Below, in pieces: positions 28,840-36,598 of a stretch of 64,000 nt of DNA (its first letter is position 1; the number at the start of each line of letters is the position of its first letter). Origin of the DNA: a plasmid; the sequence record OW849299.1. The stretch is one strand, 5' to 3'. The notes below the pieces were generated by a model. That model did not search any database. It was not told the origin of the DNA and saw only the letters and a list, made by a program, of their open reading frames with translations. The position numbers and the translations under genes were made by a program.

Positions 28840-29106
28840 ATGGGCAATAAATATACCGTGCCGCTTAACGTGGGCGCGATCCGCGAAAGCTGTTTCCGTC
28901 CCGCTGATAAATGGACCCCGCCGACGGGGGATGAACTCCGCTATCTGCTGGAAAATGTGCTCAACCTGAGTCAGGAGGGACTGGCGCGACATGTCGGCGT
29001 GAACGGCAGAACGGTGCGCCGCTGGGTGAACGGAGAAAGTGACATCGCGTATTCCGTCTGGTGCGTCCTTTGCATCGATGCCGGCTTACCGCCGATCTGG
29101 AAATAG
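28840..29106 (+). CDS. korC: Small HTH transcriptional repressor, KorC-like (88 aa)
   Basis: …LSQEGLARHVGVNGRTVRRWVNG… HTH; SD GGAGG; a strong hairpin GCGGCCGCAC-agtg-GTGCGGCCG separates it from radC; the KorC-like operator lies upstream of the operon. Confidence 0.45.
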   Translation: MGNKYTVPLNVGAIRESCFRPADKWTPPTGDELRYLLENVLNLSQEGLARHVGVNGRTVRRWVNGESDIAYSVWCVLCIDAGLPPIWK

Positions 29107-29169
29107 CAGCGCAAAACACCGACGCGCAAACGTGCTTCCTGAACGTATCGGATATACGAAGGAAATATT

Positions 29170-29452
29170 ATGAATACTGATAACTATTTTTTCAGAGTCC
29201 CGGCCACACGCGGAATACAGGGCGGCATAGAACAATACATGCTGACGGTTCCTATGGTCGTGTTACGTCGTATTCTTGCAATGGACAATGATGGCGATGT
29301 TATGGATCGCAGCCAGCGAGAAGCGAACAAAACGCGGGCCAAAAAAATACGGAATTATGTTGCCGGCGCAACATCAAAACGAGCTCCCTATATTTTGCCG
29401 TCAATTACCGGAAATATTGATAGTCATGTTGAATTCCTTCCCAGCGAACTCT
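29170..29452 (+). pseudogene. DGQHR-domain (DndB-like, ParB/Srx-fold) protein, N-terminal fragment, truncated by IS1
   Basis: …RSQREANKTRAKKIRNYVAGATSKRAPYILPSITGNI… (the QR…ITG motifs of the DGQHR family) runs into the IS1 IR; the stop codon is provided by IS1. Confidence 0.6.
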
Positions 29453-29467
29453 GGTAATGACTCCAAC

Positions 29468-29971
29468 TTATTGATAGTGTTTTATGTTCAGATAATGCCC
29501 GATGACTTTGTCATGCAGCTCCACCGATTTTGAGAACGACAGCGACTTCCGTCCCAGCCGTGCCAGGTGCTGCCTCAGATTCAGGTTATGCCGCTCAATT
29601 CGCTGCGTATATCGCTTGCTGATTACGTGCAGCTTTCCCTTCAGGCGGGATTCATACAGCGGCCAGCCATCCGTCATCCATATCACCACGTCAAAGGGTG
29701 ACAGCAGGCTCATAAGACGCCCCAGCGTCGCCATAGTGCGTTCACCGAATACGTGCGCAACAACCGTCTTCCGGAGCCTGTCATACGCGTAAAACAGCCA
29801 GCGCTGGCGCGATTTAGCCCCGACGTATCCCCACTGTTCGTCCATTTCCGCGCAGACGATGACGTCACTGCCCGGCTGTATGCGCGAGGTTACCGACTGC
29901 GGCCTGAGTTTTTTAAATGGCGGAAAATCGTGTTGAGGCCAACGCCCATAATGCGGGCGGTTGCCCGGCAT
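29468..29971 (-). CDS. insB: IS1 InsB
   Basis: Identical to 8392-8895. Confidence 0.85.
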   Translation of the reverse strand: MPGNRPHYGRWPQHDFPPFKKLRPQSVTSRIQPGSDVIVCAEMDEQWGYVGAKSRQRWLFYAYDRLRKTVVAHVFGERTMATLGRLMSLLSPFDVVIWMTDGWPLYESRLKGKLHVISKRYTQRIERHNLNLRQHLARLGRKSLSFSKSVELHDKVIGHYLNIKHYQ

Positions 29972-30165
29972 CCAACGCCATTCATGGCCATATCAATGAT
30001 TTTCTGGTGCGTACCGGGTTGAGAAGCGGTGTAAGTGAACTGCAGTTGCCATGTTTTACGGCAGTGAGAGCAGAGATAGCGCTGATGTCCGGCGGTGCTT
30101 TTGCCGTTACGCACCACCCCGTCAGTAGCTGAACAGGAGGGACAGCTGATAGAAACAGAAGCCAC
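29890..30165 (-). CDS. insA: IS1 InsA
   Basis: Identical to 8814-9089. Confidence 0.85.
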   Translation of the reverse strand: MASVSISCPSCSATDGVVRNGKSTAGHQRYLCSHCRKTWQLQFTYTASQPGTHQKIIDMAMNGVGCRATARIMGVGLNTIFRHLKNSGRSR

Positions 30166-30220
30166 TGGAGCACCTCAAAAACACCATCATACACTAAATC
30201 AGTAAGTTGGCAGCATCACC

Positions 30221-31210
30221 GGGATTCTTAAAATTCCGATGGACGCTGATTTAAAATTATTCGATGGCCAGCACCGTGCGCTGGGTATTTTTGAATTTGT
30301 ACGCGATTATTCCAATACGGAAGATACGATCAGCTTGTTGCTTACCGTTGGCCTGCCACTTGAGTTACGCCAGCAGTTTTTCGCTGATATTAATAACAAC
30401 GCGAGCAAACCGGCAGCGGCGATCAGTATGGCATATAACAACAATGATCCGGTCAACCAGCTGGCAATGCATCTGGCCCGAACCGTCACCGGGCTGGCGG
30501 GCACAGTGGATTTTGAACACAACGTGGTCCCGGCGAAAAGCTCACGGCTGATCAGCTTTAAAGCACTGAACGATGCGACGAAAAAAATGCTCAACCTGCG
30601 GGCCAACAGCATTCCCTCGACGCAACAGCGTGATATGGCAGAAAAGCTCTGGACTGCCTGGGCACAGGCGATGCGCTGGAATGATATTGCCCAGGATGAT
30701 ATCGCTGCGGAGTACCGTCAGGAGGCGCTGGGACTGCATGGCATCATGATAAATGCGATCGGTATGGCAACGGCCAGGATGTTACGGCACAGAACACCTG
30801 AAAGCATCGAGAACCTTCTGGCCTGTGCGGAAAACGGAGACAACGGTTTTCATTATCGGGAGTCGTTTGTACCTGAGTGCTGGGAAGGGAAGTGTGTTGA
30901 TCCGGAGACTGGCACCATTAAAACTGACCGGCGGGCGCTTGAAGCAACGGCTGAAGCGCTGCAAAAGCTGATAGACCCGTTCGCAGATGCGCTGTGGTTG
31001 CGTGCTTATCTGCCAGTTGAAGAGGCGAGTGATACGGCATTACTGAAATATGCTGCTGACATCGAGAGTTATAAGCAGCGCACAGCCGTGCCGATGATCA
31101 ATATCGTGGAGAAGCTGAAGGCGCTGGGTGACGGCGAACCGCAGTTCAGAGCGTCGGTGCTGGCTTCCCGTGAGGGGCTAAGCCGCTATCTGGCCGGGGC
31201 TGAAGGCTGA
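30221..31210 (+). pseudogene. DGQHR-domain (DndB-like) protein, C-terminal fragment
   Basis: …LKLFDGQHRALGIFEF… DGQHR motif 10 codons after the IS1 junction; 323-aa ORF from an internal ATG. The frame is not restored by clean IS1 excision. Confidence 0.6.
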
Positions 31211-31230
31211 CGCGGTGGTTGCCGCCTGCA

Positions 31231-31261
31231 GGGCAATACGGGCATCGAACCCGTATTGCCC
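31231..31261 (+). terminator. Strong hairpin (perfect 12-bp stem GGGCAATACGGG / CCCGTATTGCCC) after the DGQHR gene
   Basis: Seen directly; no T-run, so it may act as an RNA stabiliser/processing site rather than a classical terminator. Confidence 0.4.
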
Positions 31262-31720
31262 TGAAACGCGCTGAGCCGCTCTCTGGGCGCGCATTTAAAA
31301 AACCTGTACCCATCATCGTTTTTATGTCTTTGACGAGTCCTGCCCCCTATTCTGGCCTTTTCTGATGTGATCCCGCCCTGGTGTCTGCAAGTTAACTTAA
31401 TTTTGACGCCCGCACAGCGTGTCTTCCCTGTTCATTTCTGCTCAGTTGCCGGCGTTTTCTGGCTGGCCTGTCGTACTAAAACACCTCTGGGCCCCTTCGG
31501 CTCCTGCCCGTCGGGCAGTCGTCAGCCACACTCCGCTAGCCAGGCAAAGCCTGGCAGCTCCGCCGAACCCCCTGCGGGGTTTCGGGCTATCGCTAGTGTC
31601 TGATGCCTGAACCCCTGCACCATGCCGGCAAAGCACCTTCATCGGGCTGATGGGGATCTGAAAAGCAAAATTTACAGGGAAAGGAGTTCAGGAAAAAACA
31701 AAGAAAATTAATCAGATAAC
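31262..31720 (+). other. ~460-bp GC-rich non-coding structured region with no convincing ORF; candidate ssi / ncRNA / single-strand element of the leading region
   Basis: Multiple local hairpins (GCCAGGCAAAGCCTGGC, CCCCCTGCGGGG, CCCGTCGGG…); the only ORFs are GTG-started, SD-less and overlapping. Confidence 0.3.
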
Positions 31721-31722
31721 GC

Positions 31723-31817
31723 TTGATTGTTATGGCTCATTAGACGTATAATGATCACATCGAAAGGCAATAAGGCTTTTCGCGGTAGCGCCCCGACTGG
31801 CGCAGGAGTAACAAATT
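31723..31817 (+). promoter_or_regulatory. Leading-region promoter/leader element, copy c
   Basis: TTGATTGTTATGGCTCATTAGACGTATAAT + leader hairpins + AGGAG. Confidence 0.6.
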
Positions 31818-31997
31818 ATGAGTAAAGCACTGACCCCCTCCCAGCTTAAAGCTGAACTGGAAACGCAGAAAGATGCGCTGCTGAAGGCGTGCCTGTATGC
31901 CCTCAACGAAATCCCTAACCGTCGTTTAAGTGGCCCGTATGCGTCCACGTATGCGCTGGCCGAGCAGGTCAGTAAACTGCTTCAGCGCTGCAAATAA
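31818..31997 (+). CDS. Small protein (59 aa) not in the ORF track
   Basis: MSKALTPSQLKAELETQKDALLKACLYALNEIPNRRLSGPYASTYALAEQVSKLLQRCK; ATG 7 nt after the conserved AGGAG. Confidence 0.5.
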   Translation: MSKALTPSQLKAELETQKDALLKACLYALNEIPNRRLSGPYASTYALAEQVSKLLQRCK

Positions 31998-32037
31998 TCA
32001 TTGATGGGCTGGCATTGCCAGCCCTGTTCACCCCTTA

Positions 32038-32069
32038 CGGTAGCGCCCCGCATGGCGCAGGAGTCTGAA
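32038..32069 (+). promoter_or_regulatory. Conserved leader element without a promoter (internal translation-initiation module)
   Basis: CGGTAGCGCCCCGCATGGCGCAGGAG 6 nt before ATG 32070; preceded by hairpin GGGCTGGCATTGCCAGCCC. Confidence 0.5.
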
Positions 32070-32930
32070 ATGTCATCTGAAAAAACTCTCCCGTCGGTCG
32101 ATCTGATGTCCTGCCAGCATGGCGGTGAAGTGATCCCGTCCATAGCTATTGAGCGCATTATCTCGTTGCGGAATGAAGGTATTCGCGTCTATCTCGACGG
32201 CATAGACAAGCTGCGAAAAGCGCGCGATCTGATGCAGCAGGCCGGAGGCTGTCAGTACCTGTATGACTACGACAAAGCCGTAGAGAGCGCGATCAAATGG
32301 AGCGACACCAGACCAGACCAGGCCGAAACGGCTATTTCCCGCGTTATCGACGGAAAAATCTGGGATCGGCTGATGTCGGAAACCGGCATGTATACGCTGA
32401 TGAGCAACAAACAACGTCAGGAATGGGATCGGCAGGTGGCAGGCGAGGAAATGCCGCCGATAACGCTGGAGAACGTTATGAGTACGTTCCGGCACCTGAA
32501 CGCAAGCAAGGCCGATACTTTCACGCAAGGGCTGATTGATATCTTTAAATCCCTGTCGTGGGATTATAAAACCAATAACCCCTGCATGTTTGGCAAGCGT
32601 ATCATCATCGCGCCGTTGCTCGATGTCTGGCGCAGTAGCTGGGTGCGCTTCAGCTCAGACGGGCACACCAAAATTGACGATCTGGCGCGGCCGTTCTACG
32701 TGCTGGACGGGCGTAACGTGCCTGATTACCGCGTTTCTGACGGTGCCAAACTGGATGCCTTTTTCAGTGAAAACCAGTTCAACGGTAAGGTGTTCGAGTG
32801 TGATTACTTCAGCGTGCGATATTACAAAAAGGGCAGCGCGCACATTACGTTTAAACGCCCGGAGCTGGTTGAGAAGATCAATAATCTGGTTGCCAGTCAC
32901 TATCCCGGAATGTTACCCCCTCGCGTGTAA
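32070..32930 (+). CDS. Hypothetical 286-aa protein (largest ORF of the small-gene array); candidate anti-restriction/establishment function
   Basis: Start placed by the leader SD (the ORF track extends to 32001 in the same frame); no motif I can name with confidence. Confidence 0.55.
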   Translation: MSSEKTLPSVDLMSCQHGGEVIPSIAIERIISLRNEGIRVYLDGIDKLRKARDLMQQAGGCQYLYDYDKAVESAIKWSDTRPDQAETAISRVIDGKIWDRLMSETGMYTLMSNKQRQEWDRQVAGEEMPPITLENVMSTFRHLNASKADTFTQGLIDIFKSLSWDYKTNNPCMFGKRIIIAPLLDVWRSSWVRFSSDGHTKIDDLARPFYVLDGRNVPDYRVSDGAKLDAFFSENQFNGKVFECDYFSVRYYKKGSAHITFKRPELVEKINNLVASHYPGMLPPRV

Positions 32931-33025
32931 TGCAGACGGCAGGCCGCATTTGCGGCCTGAAATATAAACAGGGAAAGGAAGTATTCCCCGGCCTGAAAAA
33001 ATCATGCCGGGCATGTATTTATTGC

Positions 33026-33119
33026 TTGATTAATATGGCTCATTAGACGTATAATAATCACATCGAAAGGCAATGAGGCTTTTCGCGGTAGCGCCCCGAC
33101 TGGCGCAGGAGTAATAAAT
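33026..33119 (+). promoter_or_regulatory. Leading-region promoter/leader element, copy d (canonical)
   Basis: TTGATTAATATGGCTCATTAGACGTATAATAATCA + TCGAAAGGCAATGAGGCTTTTCG + GGTAGCGCCCCGACTGGCGCAGGAG. Confidence 0.6.
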
Positions 33120-33458
33120 ATGGCTATTCAATCCCTTCAGTTCCGTAACGGCTCCGTTTCTCTTGGTGATGTTTTTGTTTCCAGCTGGGGTTATGAGCAG
33201 ACAAATACCTGTTTTTATCAGGTGATCGCCCTGCGCGGTAAGAAAACCGCCGTACTGCGCCGCATCGCTGCGCAGCAGGTGAAAGCAGACAGTGCAATGT
33301 CTGGCGAGTTAAAGCCGGTATTGAACGACTTTAAAGGCGAACCCGTGACCCGTCGCATCTGTGAAAACCATGAGCATCCGTCTGTCAGCATTGACGAGTA
33401 CGAACAGGCTTATAAGACCGATCCTAACGAAAGCCATTTTTACAGCACCTGGGGCTGA
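33120..33458 (+). CDS. Hypothetical protein (112 aa)
   Basis: ATG after the conserved leader. Confidence 0.5.
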   Translation: MAIQSLQFRNGSVSLGDVFVSSWGYEQTNTCFYQVIALRGKKTAVLRRIAAQQVKADSAMSGELKPVLNDFKGEPVTRRICENHEHPSVSIDEYEQAYKTDPNESHFYSTWG

Positions 33459-33555
33459 CCGCCTGCTACGCCCCGCAAGGGGCGTATAGTCGAAGACTTA
33501 TTCAACCAAAACGTGAATACTATGCGAAATAACAAGGCGCTCAGGACGCAGATAC

Positions 33556-33786
33556 ATGGCGGAAACAGTTTATCAGGCGCGGAGGCGTTTTTACCTTCTC
33601 CGTTTTCGGCGCAGTCGTAACCCGGACACACTGGAAAAAATGTACGAATCCATGCGGGATCGTGGACAGGTGCCGCCGGAGGACACCGAGGCTTTTGAGG
33701 CTGCCGCCGACCATCGCCGCGCAGAGCTGGCATCGGGACGCATCTGGGATAAGATCCCGCCGCATGTCTGGCAGTATGTAAAATAA
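33556..33786 (+). CDS. Hha/YmoA-family nucleoid-associated modulator (76 aa)
   Basis: C-terminus …EAFEAAADHRRAELASGRIWDKIPPHVWQYVK matches the Hha signature (…AADHRLAELTMNKLYDKIP..VW…). Confidence 0.6.
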   Translation: MAETVYQARRRFYLLRFRRSRNPDTLEKMYESMRDRGQVPPEDTEAFEAAADHRRAELASGRIWDKIPPHVWQYVK

Positions 33787-33818
33787 TCACAGCGCCCCTA
33801 CACGGGGCGTTTTTTTGC

Positions 33819-33898
33819 TTGCATATATGGCTCATTAGACGTATAATGTTTTTACTGATTCAAATCAGTACCTTCCTAAACAGCCTTACAGGTGCATT
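33819..33898 (+). promoter_or_regulatory. Leading-region promoter element, copy e (TTGCAT-18-TATAAT) with a different leader (hairpin TACTGATTCAAATCAGTA)
   Basis: Core ATGGCTCATTAGACGTATAAT conserved; the leader is not the common one. Confidence 0.55.
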
Positions 33899-34012
33899 AT
33901 GACCTCTTCTGAAATCCTCCATAACCTCCCTCAGATTATCACGGCCGTGGCCGCCCTCATTACAGCCATTACCGGGCTGATTAAAGTCATGAAGGATAAA
34001 GGTAAGGACTGA
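33899..34012 (+). CDS. Small hydrophobic peptide (37 aa) not in the ORF track
   Basis: MTSSEILHNLPQIITAVAALITAITGLIKVMKDKGKD; one TM helix; downstream of promoter copy e. Confidence 0.4.
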   Translation: MTSSEILHNLPQIITAVAALITAITGLIKVMKDKGKD

Positions 34013-34049
34013 ACCGCCGCAGGGGGCGACAGCCCCCTGCATCCCTAAC

Positions 34050-34083
34050 CGGCAGCGCCCCGACTGGCGCAGGAGTAAAAAAA
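34050..34083 (+). promoter_or_regulatory. Conserved leader element without a promoter
   Basis: CGGCAGCGCCCCGACTGGCGCAGGAG 8 nt before GTG 34084; preceded by hairpin CAGGGGGCGACAGCCCCCTG. Confidence 0.5.
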
Positions 34084-34320
34084 GTGACAACGCTGCATAT
34101 TCGAGAAATTCCCACTGATGGAGCGCCGCCTATCTGTGCAGGCCGCTCAATCTCAGATGATGACCTTTGCGCCTCATGCCAGCATCTCGACTATCGCCCT
34201 GGGCACCTCAGCGCCTGCCTGCTGTCAGGTTGCGGGCGTGACGACTGGCCTTCAGAACTGGATGCAAACGGCTACAGCGTTGCCTGTAGCAGCTATGAGC
34301 GTGAAAAATCGCTTGATTAA
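34084..34320 (+). CDS. Cys-rich small protein (78 aa, GTG start)
   Basis: Frame chosen from the conserved SD position; 7 Cys (CAGRS…CASCQH…CLLSGC…) suggests a Zn-binding module. Confidence 0.45.
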   Translation: MTTLHIREIPTDGAPPICAGRSISDDDLCASCQHLDYRPGHLSACLLSGCGRDDWPSELDANGYSVACSSYEREKSLD

Positions 34321-34404
34321 TATGGCTCATTAGACGTATAATTATCACATCGAAAGGCATCCGGTCTTTCGCGGCAGCGCCCCGACTGGCGCAGGAGTTT
34401 TACA
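34313..34404 (+). promoter_or_regulatory. Leading-region promoter/leader element, copy f
   Basis: TTGATTAATATGGCTCATTAGACGTATAATTATCA + leader. Confidence 0.6.
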
Positions 34405-34815
34405 ATGCACGGTAACGTAAATGAAATTTGCGCAAGGCTTCTCGATAGTTTTGATCCACAGCAGCGGATCAGCCTGCTGATCTGGACTGCTGAAGATGTC
34501 CATGACTGCACCAGTGATATGAACCTCACTGACGATGAGGCCGAAGCCGTTCTGGCAGAAATCGCGGAATGCAGTTCACACAGCCGTTATGGCGTCGGAA
34601 AAGATACCGTCTGGAGCCTGGCAAAGCAGGTGCGCGAAGATGCCGCCCGCGATCGAAAAATAGAGGTCAATGCCGAGGCGCTGCAAAAAGTCGTGGCGCT
34701 GGCGGCGCAGTTTATCCGGCTGGAAGAAATCCAGTCTGGTGAAGGAGCTGCACGCCGACTTTATCCGCAGGAGTCTGAGGCGCTGGAGTGCATCACGAAG
34801 GTGATTAACGGCTAA
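34405..34815 (+). CDS. Hypothetical acidic protein (136 aa)
   Basis: ATG after the conserved leader. Confidence 0.5.
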   Translation: MHGNVNEICARLLDSFDPQQRISLLIWTAEDVHDCTSDMNLTDDEAEAVLAEIAECSSHSRYGVGKDTVWSLAKQVREDAARDRKIEVNAEALQKVVALAAQFIRLEEIQSGEGAARRLYPQESEALECITKVING

Positions 34816-34842
34816 TTCACGCAGTAACGCAGCGAACTTTCA

Positions 34843-34876
34843 CGGTAGCGCCCCGACTGGCGCAGGAGGAAAAAAC
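34843..34876 (+). promoter_or_regulatory. Conserved leader element without a promoter
   Basis: CGGTAGCGCCCCGACTGGCGCAGGAGG 8 nt before ATG 34877. Confidence 0.5.
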
Positions 34877-35182
34877 ATGTCCCAGAATGAAGCCTATTAC
34901 GACACGCTGGCCCTGATTGAAAAGGGGCAATGGTGTTTCGGCAGTATGGACGAAGAAAACGAAGAGCGGGCAATCAAGGCCGCTAAGGCGCTGGCGCTGT
35001 TTGCGCGCCTGAATGAGCAGGACTGCGACGGACACCCGGTTTCCGAAATCATCGTTGATTTTATCGCTAACCTGATGCACCTGGGGGAAGCGATAAATTT
35101 TCGTGTGCTCGATGAAGAAAGCGCGGTGATCCCGTTGGTCAGGATCGCCGCCGTACACTTTAACGCTGAAACAAAGTCATAG
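34877..35182 (+). CDS. Hypothetical acidic protein (101 aa)
   Basis: ATG after the leader. Confidence 0.5.
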   Translation: MSQNEAYYDTLALIEKGQWCFGSMDEENEERAIKAAKALALFARLNEQDCDGHPVSEIIVDFIANLMHLGEAINFRVLDEESAVIPLVRIAAVHFNAETKS

Positions 35183-35287
35183 TAATCATGTGAATCAGAA
35201 GGGGGCAGGCGTGATCCTGCCCCCAAAAATGGACAGGGGAAAGAGTTCTCCCGCCTGAAAATATTCAGGCAGGCGGGAATTTTTTGC

Positions 35288-35382
35288 TTGATTAATATGG
35301 CTCATTAGACGTATAATAATCACATCGAAAGGCAATCCGGTCTTTCGACGGTAGCGCCCCGACTGGCGCAGGAGTACAGAAA
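35288..35382 (+). promoter_or_regulatory. Leading-region promoter/leader element, copy g (canonical), driving klcA
   Basis: Identical to copy d over ~90 nt; preceded by terminator CCCGCCTGAA…TTCAGGCAGGCGGGAATTTTTT. Confidence 0.6.
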
Positions 35383-35823
35383 ATGTCTACTGAACTGAAT
35401 CAACCCGCCATCACTGCACGCATTATCCCCAATAACCGCCGCATGGCCTTTCTGCCACGTCTGTTCGGCGCCTGGTATCTCACAGGTGAGGCCGGTGTCT
35501 ACAACCTCGCACGCTCTCTCTGCGTCGATTATCAAGGCGGTTCCTGGGAGTTCGTCGAACTGTCTTGCGGTAGCGGCTTCATGTACCCACTGAGCGCAGA
35601 GCGCTTCACGGTATCGGTTAGCGGTAACTGGTTCGAAGGGGAACTGTCCGCAGAAGCTACCGGTATCGTGCTGACCCTGTTCACCCTGAACCACATGATC
35701 TGGCACGCACATGATGAAGGCTATCAGCACATCTGCGACATGCTGATCACCCAGCAGGAAAAGCTCAAATTATATGCCGACCAGCACGCCGAAGCCGGTT
35801 TGATTTACCGCGCGATTGACTGA
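35383..35823 (+). CDS. klcA: Anti-restriction protein KlcA/ArdB family
   Basis: 146 aa, MSTELNQPAITARIIPNNRRMAFLPRLFG… resembles RK2 KlcA / ArdB (recall). Confidence 0.7.
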   Translation: MSTELNQPAITARIIPNNRRMAFLPRLFGAWYLTGEAGVYNLARSLCVDYQGGSWEFVELSCGSGFMYPLSAERFTVSVSGNWFEGELSAEATGIVLTLFTLNHMIWHAHDEGYQHICDMLITQQEKLKLYADQHAEAGLIYRAID

Positions 35824-35866
35824 AACGGCGGCCCCCGTGAGGGGGCCAATACTGACAGGGGGAAAA

Positions 35867-36151
35867 ATGTTAACACTAACTGATATTCGCGCCAGCAATA
35901 CGGTGCTGGTTACGGAATTTGGCGGCGTGCGTGCTGTGCATTTCTGTCTGCATGAAAAATTAAGCGGTAGCGACAACGATCTGTGGTTTCCGCTTGCCAA
36001 TGGAGCCGACCTGTTCGAGGCGCTGGAAAGCATTATGTGCATCAATTTTGCCGCTGCTAACGTTGTCTCGCTGGAGTTCCTGCGGCAGAACGGGAAGTGC
36101 AAAGACTACCGGATCACCTACAACAAGGCCAAATTCAAGCCATTAGGTTAG
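35867..36151 (+). CDS. Hypothetical protein (94 aa)
   Basis: ATG 35867 with SD AGGGGGA (the longer ORF start at 35816 overlaps klcA). Confidence 0.45.
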   Translation: MLTLTDIRASNTVLVTEFGGVRAVHFCLHEKLSGSDNDLWFPLANGADLFEALESIMCINFAAANVVSLEFLRQNGKCKDYRITYNKAKFKPLG

Positions 36152-36215
36152 ATGTCTGGCATCATTTGATGTTCATATTTGAACAAAATTAAATAAAAAA
36201 AATACGTCTGATGAG

Positions 36216-36305
36216 TTGATAAAATGGCTCATTAGACGTATAATTATTACATCGAAAGGCAGTTGAGTCTTTCGCGGTAGCGCCCCGACTGGCGAAGGAG
36301 TTGAA
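36216..36305 (+). promoter_or_regulatory. Leading-region promoter/leader element, copy h (TTGATA-17-TATAAT), uniquely flanked by a 13-bp inverted copy of the core (TACGTCTGATGAG at 36204-36216)
   Basis: TACGTCTGATGAG…CTCATTAGACGTA form a 13-bp imperfect inverted repeat bracketing the -35; leader + AGGAG. Confidence 0.55.
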
Positions 36306-36527
36306 ATGAAAGAAGCAGACCAAAAAAAAGTGAATGCCGTAATGGCAATTGCTGATTATCTCGGTGTGAAAAATCAAATCGAGGTGATCGAATACTCAGC
36401 CGAATCAGTGCAGGTTGAGTGGCGAAATCCTAAAACAAAACAGCTTATTCATCGTGATTACACTTTTGCAAATTCCTTTGTAAAAGACTTTGAAAAAGCC
36501 CTGAAATCGAACGTGAAGTTTTACTGA
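36306..36527 (+). CDS. Hypothetical protein (73 aa)
   Basis: ATG after the leader. Confidence 0.5.
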   Translation: MKEADQKKVNAVMAIADYLGVKNQIEVIEYSAESVQVEWRNPKTKQLIHRDYTFANSFVKDFEKALKSNVKFY

Positions 36528-36532
36528 AAAAG

Positions 36533-36550
36533 AGGGGGAGAAATCCCCCT
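36533..36550 (+). terminator. Weak hairpin AGGGGGA-gaaa-TCCCCCT between orf73 and ssb
   Basis: No clean T-run; possible attenuator. Confidence 0.3.
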
Positions 36551-36598
36551 TAATCCTCCCATTTTTTACTGATAAACATCAAATATATGAGGTGTATT

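Larger units (their letters stand above)
29453..30220 (-). mobile_element. IS1 (second copy, 768 bp) with no flanking 9-bp TSD
   Basis: IRs as in the first copy; flanks GCGAACTCT vs GGGATTCTT do not match, so the insertion was followed by an adjacent deletion or inter-IS1 recombination. Confidence 0.85.

Noticed and set aside
31367-31642. ORFs 31367-31603, 31419-31610 and 31442-31642 in the structured intergenic region
   Set aside because: GTG-started, mutually overlapping, no SD, in a hairpin-dense GC-rich tract; more likely non-coding.
34118-34333. Alternative 71-aa ORF overlapping the Cys-rich GTG-start gene
   Set aside because: Its ATG lies 34 nt after the conserved AGGAG, too far for initiation; the GTG frame is positioned exactly as in the nine other leader copies.
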